Shown here: piece by piece, positions 9,143 to 18,089 of the stretch | How the letters are laid out: the number at the start of each line of letters is the position of its first letter | Numbering within the stretch: position 1 is the first letter of the stretch | Assembly: GCA_035708305.1 (NCBI GenBank) | Contig: DASSSU010000020.1 | Coordinates: forward strand, 8,481-72,480 | Source of the DNA: Minisyncoccota bacterium | GTDB taxonomy: Bacteria > Patescibacteriota > Minisyncoccia > Phycocordibacterales > DASSSU01 | DNA length: 64,000 nt | Direction: 5' to 3' | The notes under the pieces: generated by a model | Told to the model about the DNA's origin: nothing | The model's database searches: none | What the model saw: the letters and a program-made list of their open reading frames with translations, nothing else | Translations under genes and position numbers: made by a program

Positions 9143-9379
9143 TTACTGCGGAGTTTTTTTCTGAGTTTCTTCTCTGGCCGCCTGAAGCGCCTTGCGGATT
9201 TTGAAATATTCGATGATCACAGCCTTGTGAGCAACCGCAACCAAAATCAAAAAGCCAAAGAGGATCGTCAGATCATTTTTCCCCGCGCGCGGAAAGCCGG
9301 TAAACGGAACAAGAATAATCAAAACGCTCAAAATTCCGATAAATAAACGAATGTGCTTGCCTTTTATCATATTTTTCAT
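9143..9379 (-). CDS. Small two-TM membrane protein
   Basis: Two hydrophobic stretches around PFTGFP; fills the rsmI-trpS gap. Confidence 0.65.
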   Translation of the reverse strand: MKNMIKGKHIRLFIGILSVLIILVPFTGFPRAGKNDLTILFGFLILVAVAHKAVIIEYFKIRKALQAAREETQKKTPQ

Positions 9380-9395
9380 GATTATAGCACGAAGT

Positions 9396-10079
9396 TTACT
9401 TCCGTCCCTCCACTAAAATCACAAATTCTCCACGCTGCTTTTCCGGATATACTCGAAGCTTCTCCAAGATTTCGTCCACGGTTCCAGACAAGAATTCTTC
9501 GTGGATTTTCGTCAGCTCTCGCGCAATTGCAATTTTTCGTTCCGGCTCTAGGTGCGAGCGCATTTCCTCAAGCGTCTTCATCACGCGATACGGAGACTCA
9601 TAAAAAGCCACCGTGCGCTTGGACCCTGCCGTTTCTTCAAAAAGCGTTTTTCGTCCTTTTTTCCGCGGCAAGAACCCAAGAAACAAAAAGTCCGACGCCG
9701 GAAGGCCAGAAAGGGCGAGCGCGGCAATGAGTGCCGAAGGACCGGGAATCACGCTGATCATCACTTCATCGCCAAAACGTTCACGCGCTTTTGACACCAA
9801 CTGCACGCCAGGATCGGAAATGCACGGCATCCCGGAATCCGACACAAGGGCAAGGTTTTTTCCTTCCGCGAGCATTGCAAGAATCCGGTCGCTCTTCGCT
9901 TCACGGCTGTTAGCATGGTAACTCATGGTTGCGGCATGAATGTCGTATCGCGAAAGAAGTTTTTTGGTCACGCGCGTATCTTCGCACAAAATTATATCCG
10001 CTTCCCGGAGTGTCCGAAGCGCGCGAGCGGAGATGTCTTCAAGGTTGCCGATCGGAGTTGCGACGATGGAGAGAGGCAT
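9396..10079 (-). CDS. rsmI: 16S rRNA (C1402-2'-O)-methyltransferase
   Basis: VATPIGNLEDIS, CEDTRVT, SDSGMPCISDPG, FYESPYR, ARELTKIHEE. Confidence 0.96.
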   Translation of the reverse strand: MPLSIVATPIGNLEDISARALRTLREADIILCEDTRVTKKLLSRYDIHAATMSYHANSREAKSDRILAMLAEGKNLALVSDSGMPCISDPGVQLVSKARERFGDEVMISVIPGPSALIAALALSGLPASDFLFLGFLPRKKGRKTLFEETAGSKRTVAFYESPYRVMKTLEEMRSHLEPERKIAIARELTKIHEEFLSGTVDEILEKLRVYPEKQRGEFVILVEGRK

Positions 10080-10178
10080 GGATGAAAAAAATTAATTTGA
10101 GAAATTCGCAGAATGTTCCTTTCGAAATTTGCGGGTTCACAAGAAAAGAATATTCAGAATTTCTCCCGTAACTTTAAA

Positions 10179-10565
10179 TTAAAACTTTTCCTTGATCTTT
10201 TTGACGATGTCTTCAATGTCCCAGTCTGCCTTCACGAGATAGTCTACTAAGCCGTACTGCTGAGCAAAGGCCACATCCGTCAAACCGCTTGAGTTCGTGA
10301 GAAACATGACCTTGATCTTGTCACCCCAGAGCGAAGACTTCATCTCCTGGTACACCGCGAGACCGTTCTTCTTCGGCATGGCAATGTCCAGCAGCACCAA
10401 ATCCGGCCGGAGTTCTTCAAGCATCTGAAGCGCCTCTTCCCCATCCGCCGCTCCGAAAACCTCAAATTCCGGCTCCACTGAAAGACGATCTATGAGCGCC
10501 TCCCGAAGCGGATTTTCATCTTCTGCTACGAGAATTTTTCTTTTTTGCGGTTCTTCGTCAGCCAT
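10179..10565 (-). CDS. Stand-alone response regulator receiver protein
   Basis: ILVAEDE, PDLVLLDIAMPKKNG, FLTN, YLVKA. Confidence 0.92.
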   Translation of the reverse strand: MADEEPQKRKILVAEDENPLREALIDRLSVEPEFEVFGAADGEEALQMLEELRPDLVLLDIAMPKKNGLAVYQEMKSSLWGDKIKVMFLTNSSGLTDVAFAQQYGLVDYLVKADWDIEDIVKKIKEKF

Positions 10566-10708
10566 ATATTTGTTTTAATTACTTCGATTTATTGTAACAA
10601 AAAGGCTGGTAAAAAGATAGAAAGTGGCCTGCACACCAGAGATTACTGTCCTCAAAAATCCCAAAAAACCACGTGTGATATAATAGACACATAATTTCGC
10701 ATCTCACC

Positions 10709-11014
10709 ATGCTCCACGAAAAACGCGAACAATTGAGCGAATACACACAAGACATGAAACGTGCGGTGGATTCTTTGCGTGAAGAACTGGAAGCGATGGA
10801 CTGGTATCTGCAGCGCGCTGATGCGACGGAAGATGCGAACTTGAAAAAAATTTTGCTTCACAACCGCAAAGAAGAGAGTGAACACGCCGCGATGCTGCTT
10901 GAGTGGATTCGCCAACATGACGAGGATTTTGATCAGCACCTTCACGAATATCTTTTTTCTGATGCGGAGGATATCGCCGCCTCAGAAGAAAACAAGGATG
11001 ACGAAGACAAATGA
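10709..11014 (+). CDS. Encapsulin-associated-type ferritin-like protein (EncFtn/Flp)
   Basis: RAVDSLREELEAMDWYLQRADA...ILLHNRKEESEHAAMLLEWIR matches the EncFtn ferroxidase motifs. Confidence 0.88.
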   Translation: MLHEKREQLSEYTQDMKRAVDSLREELEAMDWYLQRADATEDANLKKILLHNRKEESEHAAMLLEWIRQHDEDFDQHLHEYLFSDAEDIAASEENKDDEDK

Positions 11015-11041
11015 CCCTGAAACTTCAACTCTCAGAAACCT

Positions 11042-11653
11042 ATGACCAAGCAGGAAAAACTTGAAAAACTGAATCTTGAAATGAACGAAAGCTGTCTTTG
11101 CGAGTTGAAAGCCACAGCCAAAAACCCGGTACCGGGATTTGGAAACGCAAACGCAGAAATCATGTTCATCGGAGAAGCACCAGGAAAGACCGAGGACGAA
11201 CAAGGCCTCCCGTTCGTCGGTGCCGCAGGAAAATTTCTCGACACCATGCTTGCGTCGGTCAATCTGAAACGCGAAGATGTGTATATCACCAATGTCGTCA
11301 AATACCGCCCGCCGAACAACCGCGATCCATTTCCGGAAGAAGTGGAAGCCTGCTTTCCTTGGCTTCGGGCGCAGGTAGAGCTGATCGATCCTACACTTAT
11401 CGTGCTTCTCGGACGGCACGCCCTCATGCGATTCTTGCCGAAACTCAGGATCTCGGAAGTGCACGGAAAAATAGTGCACGCAAAAGTGCTCGGTTTAGGA
11501 CCACGAACATATTTTCCACTCTATCATCCCGCTGTCGCTCTCTACCAGGGCAACTCACGTGATCTACTCTTGGAAGACTTTTCCAAGATCCCAGAAATTT
11601 TGCAAAAAGAAAAACCCGCACGTGAATTGCGGGAAAATACGGAGAAAATGTAA
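11042..11653 (+). CDS. Uracil-DNA glycosylase, family 4
   Basis: IGEAPGKTEDEQGLPFVGAAG, YITNVVKYRPPNNRDP, YHPA. Confidence 0.93.
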   Translation: MTKQEKLEKLNLEMNESCLCELKATAKNPVPGFGNANAEIMFIGEAPGKTEDEQGLPFVGAAGKFLDTMLASVNLKREDVYITNVVKYRPPNNRDPFPEEVEACFPWLRAQVELIDPTLIVLLGRHALMRFLPKLRISEVHGKIVHAKVLGLGPRTYFPLYHPAVALYQGNSRDLLLEDFSKIPEILQKEKPARELRENTEKM

Positions 11654-11679
11654 TTTTTTCAAAAAGAATTCTCACAAGA

Positions 11680-12042
11680 TCAAGGAATCAGCTGTCCTAC
11701 GCTCGCAAGTCCGGGAACCTGCGCGGTTTCGGTGCCAATGCCAAAAGTGGTTTGAAGCATGCCGACAATCCCCCAAAACGAAACCATAACAAACAGCACG
11801 AGGATTCCCATCAGCATAGTGTTGAACCCTGCTTTCCGCCCTTCGGGACTTCCCGCGTTTAAAATAAATTTCAGCATTCCAAAAATAAAGAAGACCACCG
11901 CAAGAGAGATGAAAAGCGGGATGATTTGCGAAAGCAGGCCGCCCACCGTAGCAAGCACGCCCGAGAGGTCGTCCGCCGCGAAAGCAAAAGACGGTGCCAA
12001 AACAGCACCCAAAAGTGAAAGATAAAAAAGTGGCTTTTTCAT
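11680..12042 (-). CDS. Small pilin-like membrane protein (TrbC/VirB2-like CPR family)
   Basis: Signal peptide ending AFA, then two TM helices separated by KFILNAGSPEGRKAG. Confidence 0.7.
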   Translation of the reverse strand: MKKPLFYLSLLGAVLAPSFAFAADDLSGVLATVGGLLSQIIPLFISLAVVFFIFGMLKFILNAGSPEGRKAGFNTMLMGILVLFVMVSFWGIVGMLQTTFGIGTETAQVPGLASVGQLIP

Positions 12043-12098
12043 GGACTCAAACCATATCATCTTTCTCTTCTTTTTTCAAGTTTTCGCCCCAAAAAAGA

Positions 12099-12126
12099 AA
12101 AGCCCGTGGGAATTCCACGGGCTTTA
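12099..12126 (-). terminator. Intrinsic terminator hairpin
   Basis: AAAGCCCGTGG-GAATT-CCACGGGCTTT with flanking A/T tracts. Confidence 0.7.
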
Positions 12127-12154
12127 AAAAAGGAACAGTAATATTGTCGGAATA

Positions 12155-12799
12155 CTACGGGTTCGTTTTGTAATAAAAAGAGGCAATTTTTTTGCCGTAT
12201 AAACCGATTCTCTCCGGCGAAATCTCTCCTTGGCGAAGTCGGTCGGTGAGCATGGAAATATATCGCGACCGGGATTCCGAGCTCTCTTCTTCTCTAATTT
12301 TTTTCAGAAAATGACGCGCATCCCGTCTACAACGCGCTACTCGAATTTTTTCAATTTTTTTAGAGCTCATTCTTACATCTGAAAGAGACAAACCACCATT
12401 CTGAAGAGTTGCATTCAGAAGATGAAGGTCTTTCCCAAACGTATGAGCACCGGCATTTCTTCTTCTCAATCGGTGCAAAAACCAAAAAGCCTCAAACCGA
12501 TACGCTTTCCTTCGAAGCTGGTGCAATTCCTCAGTGCTGGTACCAATACTTTCCAGAGTAAAGCCCTGTTCCCTGATGATTTGAAAAAAATCACGGAGTA
12601 CCCTATCGAACCATTCGGCTCTGAATTCACGATAACGCAGAGCACCCAAAATCCCGCGAACTTCTTCCTTGTAATTCCTCCTTTGTGATCGGAATTCTTT
12701 CGGATCCATGCCGAGTTGTTGACACCGCTCCATCCCTCTTTGAAAACCAGACTCAAATGGGCAATCACGCAGCTCTTGAAGAAAATCGTCGTACTCCAT
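12155..12799 (-). CDS. Hypothetical basic helical-repeat protein
   Basis: AAGGAG RBS; recurring units FTLESIGTSTEEL / LSLSDVRMSSKKI / ISPERIGLYGKKI. Confidence 0.6.
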   Translation of the reverse strand: MEYDDFLQELRDCPFESGFQRGMERCQQLGMDPKEFRSQRRNYKEEVRGILGALRYREFRAEWFDRVLRDFFQIIREQGFTLESIGTSTEELHQLRRKAYRFEAFWFLHRLRRRNAGAHTFGKDLHLLNATLQNGGLSLSDVRMSSKKIEKIRVARCRRDARHFLKKIREEESSESRSRYISMLTDRLRQGEISPERIGLYGKKIASFYYKTNP

Positions 12800-12873
12800 A
12801 GAGACTCCTTTCAGGATGTGCAGGATTTACTGAACCATGGAAACACTATCACTCAAATTTTTGTGTGTCAATC

Positions 12874-13665
12874 CTACACGTACGCTTTCATTTTCTCGAT
12901 GATTTCGTCGATAGAGAAGTTGGCCTTGATGAGAAAATCTGCCGCGCCGGAATTCTTGGCTTTCTCAATTTTTTCCGCGTCACCCAGGTTTGAGAGAATA
13001 ATCACGGGAATATGCAAGAGCTCAGGATTCTGCTTCAGCTGTTCCAAAACTTCAAAACCGCTCATGCCGGGAAGGATGAGGTCAAGTAAAATAATGTCCG
13101 GCCTCTCCTTTCCCGCGATCTCCAATGCGCTTTTTCCGTCCACCGCATAAAAAATATGATGCATTCTCTGGGAAAGCTTTTTCCCCATGAGGCTTCGCAA
13201 GAATTCATCGTCCTCCACCACAAGAATTTTGGCATTTTCGATGGTGCCTTCCGACATGCCGCCTTCTGAAGCCGTTTCTTCTCCCGGCATTTCTCCCAAA
13301 GCTTTTTTTACTTTTTCCAATACCTCATCAGGATTGAAATTGGCTTTGATCATGTAGTCGACCGCACCAAGCTGAAGCACGCGCTCTATTTCGATCGGCT
13401 CGCCGGAGTTGGAGATCACGATCACCGGTATATCTCGCAGCCCCACATCTGCTTTGCAGGATTCCAAGACTTCGTATCCGTTCATTTTTGGAAGAACAAT
13501 ATCTAAAAGGATCAAATCCGGCTTCCATTCCCGAATTTTCTGCAAACCCGACTCTCCGTCTCCCACCAAAACAGCCGTGTAGCCCAAATTTGAAAGTTTG
13601 TTCGTGAGAATCCCACCGAGAAATTCATTGTCTTCAACGATAAGAATTTTTTTTGAGGTTTCCAT
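12874..13665 (-). CDS. Tandem two-receiver-domain response regulator
   Basis: Two REC domains (ILIVEDN...LLDIVLP; ILVVEDD...LLDLILP), no output domain. Confidence 0.92.
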   Translation of the reverse strand: METSKKILIVEDNEFLGGILTNKLSNLGYTAVLVGDGESGLQKIREWKPDLILLDIVLPKMNGYEVLESCKADVGLRDIPVIVISNSGEPIEIERVLQLGAVDYMIKANFNPDEVLEKVKKALGEMPGEETASEGGMSEGTIENAKILVVEDDEFLRSLMGKKLSQRMHHIFYAVDGKSALEIAGKERPDIILLDLILPGMSGFEVLEQLKQNPELLHIPVIILSNLGDAEKIEKAKNSGAADFLIKANFSIDEIIEKMKAYV

Positions 13666-13670
13666 AGAGG

Positions 13671-14588
13671 TTACTTTGCCTTGGGAATGGTGAAGAAGAA
13701 CGAGGTGCCCTTTGTTTTCCCCTCTTCAAACCAAATATTCCCGCCATGCTTTTTTACAATATCTGAAGCGATAAAAAGACCGAGACCAGATCCGTCTGTC
13801 CGCAGGCGCACGGCGTTTTCCGCACGGAAGAACTTGCCGAAGATTTTCTCCCGAGCTTCTTTCGGAATCCCGATTCCATCATCCGCTACCGTGATTTGGA
13901 GCATTTCCGCACCAGTATCTTCCACCCGCACGCTCACTGTTCCAGTATTCATTATATATCGCACGGCGTTCTCTACCAAGTTCTGTATCACCGCACGAAG
14001 TTTGCTTTTGTCCGCCCAGACATGCGGATAATCCTTGAAACGATCTTCAAAACGAAGCATCACGCCGCCGGCTTCCGCTTTCGGTTTGAGGTCAGAGAGA
14101 ACACTGTCAACCACTTCGCGGATGTCTACAGAAGCAAAACGGTAGGCATCCTTCCCGGCTTCAATATGGTCCACATCCAGCAAGTCATTCACCAAGGCAA
14201 TCATGCGATCATTGGACTCAATGCTTTTTTGGATGATGTTGCGCTGCTCGTCGTTCAGCTCGCCTGCCTCCCCTTGGACCAAAATGTCCAACCCCCACTT
14301 GATCCCGGAGAGCGGCGTTCGAAGCTGGTGCGCCGCCACGGAGACAAATTCCGATTTTGCCTGATCAAGCTTTTCAAGTTTTTCGTTCGCCTTTGAAAGT
14401 GCCAAGTCCCGCTGGATCAAGAGCCGCGCCGCAGTCTCCTGCTCTGCCAAAAGACCCAAAAGCCGCTTCATTTCTTTCTGAAGCTTTTCATTCTGAAGCT
14501 GCAAAGAGACAAGATCGTCCGTTTCCGGAAGATCTATTCCCCCAGTGCGCAGATCACGACCGTCCCGTTGTGAAATTCCGGATTGCAT
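13671..14588 (-). CDS. Soluble sensor histidine kinase (start uncertain)
   Basis: H-box AAHQLRTPL, N-box NLVENAVRY, DDGIGIP, GSGLGL; no TM segment. Confidence 0.9.
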   Translation of the reverse strand: MQSGISQRDGRDLRTGGIDLPETDDLVSLQLQNEKLQKEMKRLLGLLAEQETAARLLIQRDLALSKANEKLEKLDQAKSEFVSVAAHQLRTPLSGIKWGLDILVQGEAGELNDEQRNIIQKSIESNDRMIALVNDLLDVDHIEAGKDAYRFASVDIREVVDSVLSDLKPKAEAGGVMLRFEDRFKDYPHVWADKSKLRAVIQNLVENAVRYIMNTGTVSVRVEDTGAEMLQITVADDGIGIPKEAREKIFGKFFRAENAVRLRTDGSGLGLFIASDIVKKHGGNIWFEEGKTKGTSFFFTIPKAK

Positions 14589-15745
14589 TGTTCTTGATTT
14601 TTTATTTCGCCGTTCATCGGTGCCTGCTCGCCGTAGGTATAAAACCCGATGATTGGCACATCAGCACCAAGCTCTTTTTGAATGGTGCGAATTTCTTCAT
14701 CGGCACGTTCACCAAAAAGCTTCCGCCGTGCCACTCCACTCCAGACAAACGCCACGCGCGGTTCCTTGCCGTCCAAATTTTTCTTTGCCGCTGCTGCTGC
14801 TACCCCCGCCATTTCGATCGCTTTTTCAACGCTCCCCACCATCAGCCGCACCTCCGCTCCTTCCGGCACTTCCGCTGCACAGGTGATCGCTCCATCCGCG
14901 TCCACCGTGAGCGGATCCCGGATGAGCAAATGCGCTTTCCCTTCCATACTCACGCCAAGCGGATACATGATAGCATTTTTTGCCAGCACATTTTCTTTGA
15001 GTTCCCGTGCATTTTCTTCTCCGAAATAATCTTCATACAAACGAATCGCCGGCTTTCCATCCAGTTCGTAGAGCACCGAACCTTCGCTCTTGGTCACCTT
15101 TTTTGGAAGTCCGATCGGTGTCCAGCCGTGCTCCACTGCAACCCCAAAAGAAAACTCTCCAGAAAAGCCAATCCCCACCACCGCCCCGGAATACACTTTT
15201 TCGCCGCAGTATTGATACGTTTTTTCAAAATGCAGATCATCCCCCGAGGCACCCCCCGCTACCGGGAAGTGCTCTCCCAAAGAGTCCAATACGCCGCGAA
15301 CGATCTCACTTCCGTTTCCCGCGCGGCCATCCGGAAACATCATGAAAAACCGAAGGTCTTCCCCCAGCTTCTCTGCATCTGCTTTCACCTGGTCCGCAAC
15401 CTGCTTTCCTGCTTCTCGAGAATGATCTTTCAAACCTTCCGCCACGGATAGAAAAAAATTCACGGTGTTCGACGCCAGCACCATCACCGCGACGGAATTT
15501 TTCTTCGATGAACCGGCACCGGTGATCTCACCCGCCGTGGAAGCTCCCGCAAGCGGGACTCCTCCGCTCACCGAACGAACCCCGCGAAGCACTTCCTCCT
15601 GGTCATATTTCACCGATGCAAAGACAATGATCAGCTTTGCAGCATGCGTATCCGCCCCCAACTTCAAAAATGCTTCTTGGCAGGCATTCACGCCCACCAG
15701 AAAAGCATCGTCTCCGTAGTTTATTCCAATTCCCGCACGCAGCAT
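14534..15745 (-). CDS. FIST signal-transduction domain protein
   Basis: GASTAGEI, AGGASGD, HGWTPIG, LYELDGKPA, GFYTYGEQ, FHNGT. Confidence 0.92.
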   Translation of the reverse strand: MLRAGIGINYGDDAFLVGVNACQEAFLKLGADTHAAKLIIVFASVKYDQEEVLRGVRSVSGGVPLAGASTAGEITGAGSSKKNSVAVMVLASNTVNFFLSVAEGLKDHSREAGKQVADQVKADAEKLGEDLRFFMMFPDGRAGNGSEIVRGVLDSLGEHFPVAGGASGDDLHFEKTYQYCGEKVYSGAVVGIGFSGEFSFGVAVEHGWTPIGLPKKVTKSEGSVLYELDGKPAIRLYEDYFGEENARELKENVLAKNAIMYPLGVSMEGKAHLLIRDPLTVDADGAITCAAEVPEGAEVRLMVGSVEKAIEMAGVAAAAAKKNLDGKEPRVAFVWSGVARRKLFGERADEEIRTIQKELGADVPIIGFYTYGEQAPMNGEIKNQEQCNPEFHNGTVVICALGE

Positions 15746-15834
15746 GTTTATTGAGAGATTTATTTTATTCTAGCACATCTCTCATTTGCTTTTTGGAAGA
15801 TATCCACGCAAAAATTTTCCTCACCACAAATTAG

Positions 15835-16365
15835 CTAATAAAGCTCTTTGTTTTTGAATGGGATCAGAGAAAGGATGACCGCTTCCGTATAATATTTTGT
15901 TCTATCAATAGCATTGTCGGTCAAAATCCCCACCGCGCCATTTTGTTGCTTTGAGTTCGTTCTTCCAAAGACAATATCATCCGCTTCACCGAGCTCTTTT
16001 CCTTGTTTCACCAGCTCAACAATTTTTCTTGGCAAGAAAAAAGTACTCGTTCTTGCTTTTCCCAAAATGCCATCTTTTGATTTCACAACCACCCAAGCAA
16101 ACACTTCCATACCAGTGTCCCGCTCTTCAATTCCTCCTTCAATGCCAACCCAGAAATCCGCGTGAGGCACTTCTTGGCAAGCATTCTCAATTCTGTTGTG
16201 GGCACCGGAAAAAGTTTCTGCATCACTCTGCGGCTGTGCACTTACCCCGGAAGGCACCAATACTCCTTCAACCTCAAACTGCTCATCCGGAAACATTTTC
16301 TGAAAACCACCAAGAGCGGCATTTATCTTTACCGGGTTTTGAGAAGCAACAATAATTTTCTTCAT
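15835..16365 (-). CDS. yjjX: Inosine/xanthosine triphosphatase
   Basis: ASQNPVK, SGVSAQP, GIEGG, ELGEADD, KQQNGAVGILT; start set at MKKII because the longer ORF overlaps the tRNA. Confidence 0.9.
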   Translation of the reverse strand: MKKIIVASQNPVKINAALGGFQKMFPDEQFEVEGVLVPSGVSAQPQSDAETFSGAHNRIENACQEVPHADFWVGIEGGIEERDTGMEVFAWVVVKSKDGILGKARTSTFFLPRKIVELVKQGKELGEADDIVFGRTNSKQQNGAVGILTDNAIDRTKYYTEAVILSLIPFKNKELY

Positions 16366-16437
16366 AAAAAATTCTGCTGAACGCTTCAAAAGCATGAGCG
16401 AAAATGCTCTGAAGGTCTCATTTTCTCTTTTATTTTG

Positions 16438-16511
16438 TGCGCATGCCAGGACTCGAACCTGGGACCTCGTCATTATCAGTGACGCGCTCTAACCACCTGA
16501 GCTACACGCGC
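16438..16511 (-). tRNA. tRNA-Ile (GAU), CCA not encoded
   Basis: GCGCGTG-TAGCTCAGGTGGTTAGAGC-G-CGTCA-CTGATAA-TGACG-AGGTC-CCAGG-TTCGAGT-CCTGG-CATGCGC-A cloverleaf. Confidence 0.96.
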
Positions 16512-16577
16512 ATATCTACCAGAAATATACCAGAAACAAGCTTTTTTTCCAAGTTTCTGAAGGATTCCACCATATCC

Positions 16578-16832
16578 TTACAAAATTTCCTGCACCATTC
16601 CCATGGGGATGAAAAGAAAAGCAATCTTCTTCTCTTTTTCATGCTCCTTGAAATAATTTGCACTGGAATGAAGTCGGTGTGAAACTGGATTCTTGATGAT
16701 GAGGTATTCCTCTGCTTGTTCTTGGACAAAGCCCGTCGTTTTCACCAGCGGCAGTCCTGGAGAGACATCTCCGCGGCAATAATGCACCGCATCTTTCCAG
16801 ATGACAGTGATTTTTTGATGCTTATTTTTCAT
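16578..16832 (-). CDS. Small hypothetical protein (WxDA...G...IP family), paralog 2
   Basis: ITVIWKDA...TTGFVQEQAEEYLII...LFIPMGMV; overlaps the upstream paralog; GAGG RBS. Confidence 0.65.
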   Translation of the reverse strand: MKNKHQKITVIWKDAVHYCRGDVSPGLPLVKTTGFVQEQAEEYLIIKNPVSHRLHSSANYFKEHEKEKKIAFLFIPMGMVQEIL

Positions 16833-17076
16833 AGGTGATATCCTCTCGTTTTACAATAACATTTTTTGGAATCAAAAATCCGTCGACCACTTCCGAGCTT
16901 TTTTCTCCAGTTTCATCGTAGTCGAGATTTGTAGCAAGATTCACAAAATCCTCCGTTTCATTTACCACCACCCCAAACGTCACTTGAAGACCAGGACGGT
17001 CTTTCGGGAGTGTCTTCTTATACGAAAAACCGGCATCTCTCCAGAAAATAATCGTGAACTGAGATCTCTTCTTCAT
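16822..17076 (-). CDS. Small hypothetical protein (WxDA...G...IP family), paralog 1
   Basis: TIIFWRDA...TFGVVVNETEDFVNL...FLIPKNVI. Confidence 0.65.
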   Translation of the reverse strand: MKKRSQFTIIFWRDAGFSYKKTLPKDRPGLQVTFGVVVNETEDFVNLATNLDYDETGEKSSEVVDGFLIPKNVIVKREDITYEK

Positions 17077-17101
17077 AAAAAATATTTTACCAAAAAAATA
17101 A

Positions 17102-17124
17102 GGGCATGCCCATATGACACGCCC
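17102..17124 (-). terminator. Intrinsic terminator of the 57-aa ORF
   Basis: Minus strand GGGCGTGTC-ATATG-GGCATGCCC followed by TTATTTTTTT. Confidence 0.6.
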
Positions 17125-17142
17125 ACCTCCTTCAGTTAAATT

Positions 17143-17316
17143 TTATTTCTTTTTTCCAAAAACAGCGTCGATCAGGCTGTCAATTCCAGATTTTTTGTAT
17201 GGAATCTCACCTGAACGTCGCGCATCATTGCGTGCTTTGTGCCAGTTCTTGCTTACTTTTTTCGTGCCAACTCCTGTGTCTCTCGCTGCGTCTTTTTTAC
17301 CGTAACCTTTACCCAT
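17143..17316 (-). CDS. 57-aa basic small protein (below the ORF-track cutoff)
   Basis: MGKGYGKKDAARDTGVGTKKVSKNWHKARNDARRSGEIPYKKSGIDSLIDAVFGKKK; GAGGTG RBS upstream, terminator downstream. Confidence 0.7.
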   Translation of the reverse strand: MGKGYGKKDAARDTGVGTKKVSKNWHKARNDARRSGEIPYKKSGIDSLIDAVFGKKK

Positions 17317-17415
17317 CACATTGCACCTCAGTAAAGTAGAGCATTTTAACCTGGCTTGTCGCCAAAACTAATTTAGCAAATCTCAATTTTTTTTTCAAGC
17401 TCTAGAGAATAAATT

Positions 17416-18021
17416 TTATTCCAAAATCCCATCCAAGTTTACGTCGTAGAGAATTGCCTCCTGGACCAGACGGTATTCAAGAATTTCGTTTTCTTTGAAC
17501 CAGAGTTTGATCTCTCGTTCCGCCTCTTCCGGAGAGTCCGAACAGTGAATGAGATTGCGGATGGCACGATCATCAACGGTAGAGATCTCGTAGGAATCTA
17601 CAGTATAGTCACCGCGAATTGTTCCCACATCAGATGTCGTCGGCTCCGTACCGCCCACGAGCTTTTTTACAATAGCAACGCTCCGATTTCCTTCGATGAC
17701 AAATGCGAGCACCGGACCCGACGTCATATAGTGGGCATTCGCGCGAATAATGTCCTTTCCATACTCGATCGCCTCTTTTTCCACCGGAAGACCGTGCTTT
17801 TCACGATCTTTTACGATGTTGCCGCCCTTTTCCGTAAACCACACATCATCTTTCTGATAATGATCCCAGCACTGTTGTTCATTCGGAATCAGAAATTTGA
17901 AAGCAATGAACTTCAGCCCTGTGCGTTCAAAGCGGCTCACAATTTCTCCCATAAGTGAACGCTGTACACCATCCGGCTTGATGATCACCAGCGTGCGCTC
18001 TTTTTTTGGATGTTTTTGCAT
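17416..18021 (-). CDS. ndk: Nucleoside diphosphate kinase
   Basis: ERTLVIIKPDGVQR, TSGPV, GTIRGDY, NLIHCSDS. Confidence 0.95.
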   Translation of the reverse strand: MQKHPKKERTLVIIKPDGVQRSLMGEIVSRFERTGLKFIAFKFLIPNEQQCWDHYQKDDVWFTEKGGNIVKDREKHGLPVEKEAIEYGKDIIRANAHYMTSGPVLAFVIEGNRSVAIVKKLVGGTEPTTSDVGTIRGDYTVDSYEISTVDDRAIRNLIHCSDSPEEAEREIKLWFKENEILEYRLVQEAILYDVNLDGILE

Positions 18022-18089
18022 AATATAAAAGAAAATAAAATATACGCACACTATAACAAGCATGCCGCTTTTTTTCAAGATTTTTTTCT

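Noticed and set aside
14357-15451. Long plus-strand ORF (364 aa) and similar antisense ORFs over alaS, trpS, secY, thrS and the antiporter
   Set aside because: Shadow frames opposite well-supported genes, with no recognisable motifs.
16366-16473. N-terminal extension of yjjX
   Set aside because: It overlaps tRNA-Ile; the family start is MKKIIVAS.
16438-17400. Prophage or integrative element at tRNA-Ile
   Set aside because: No integrase and no duplicated tRNA end was seen.
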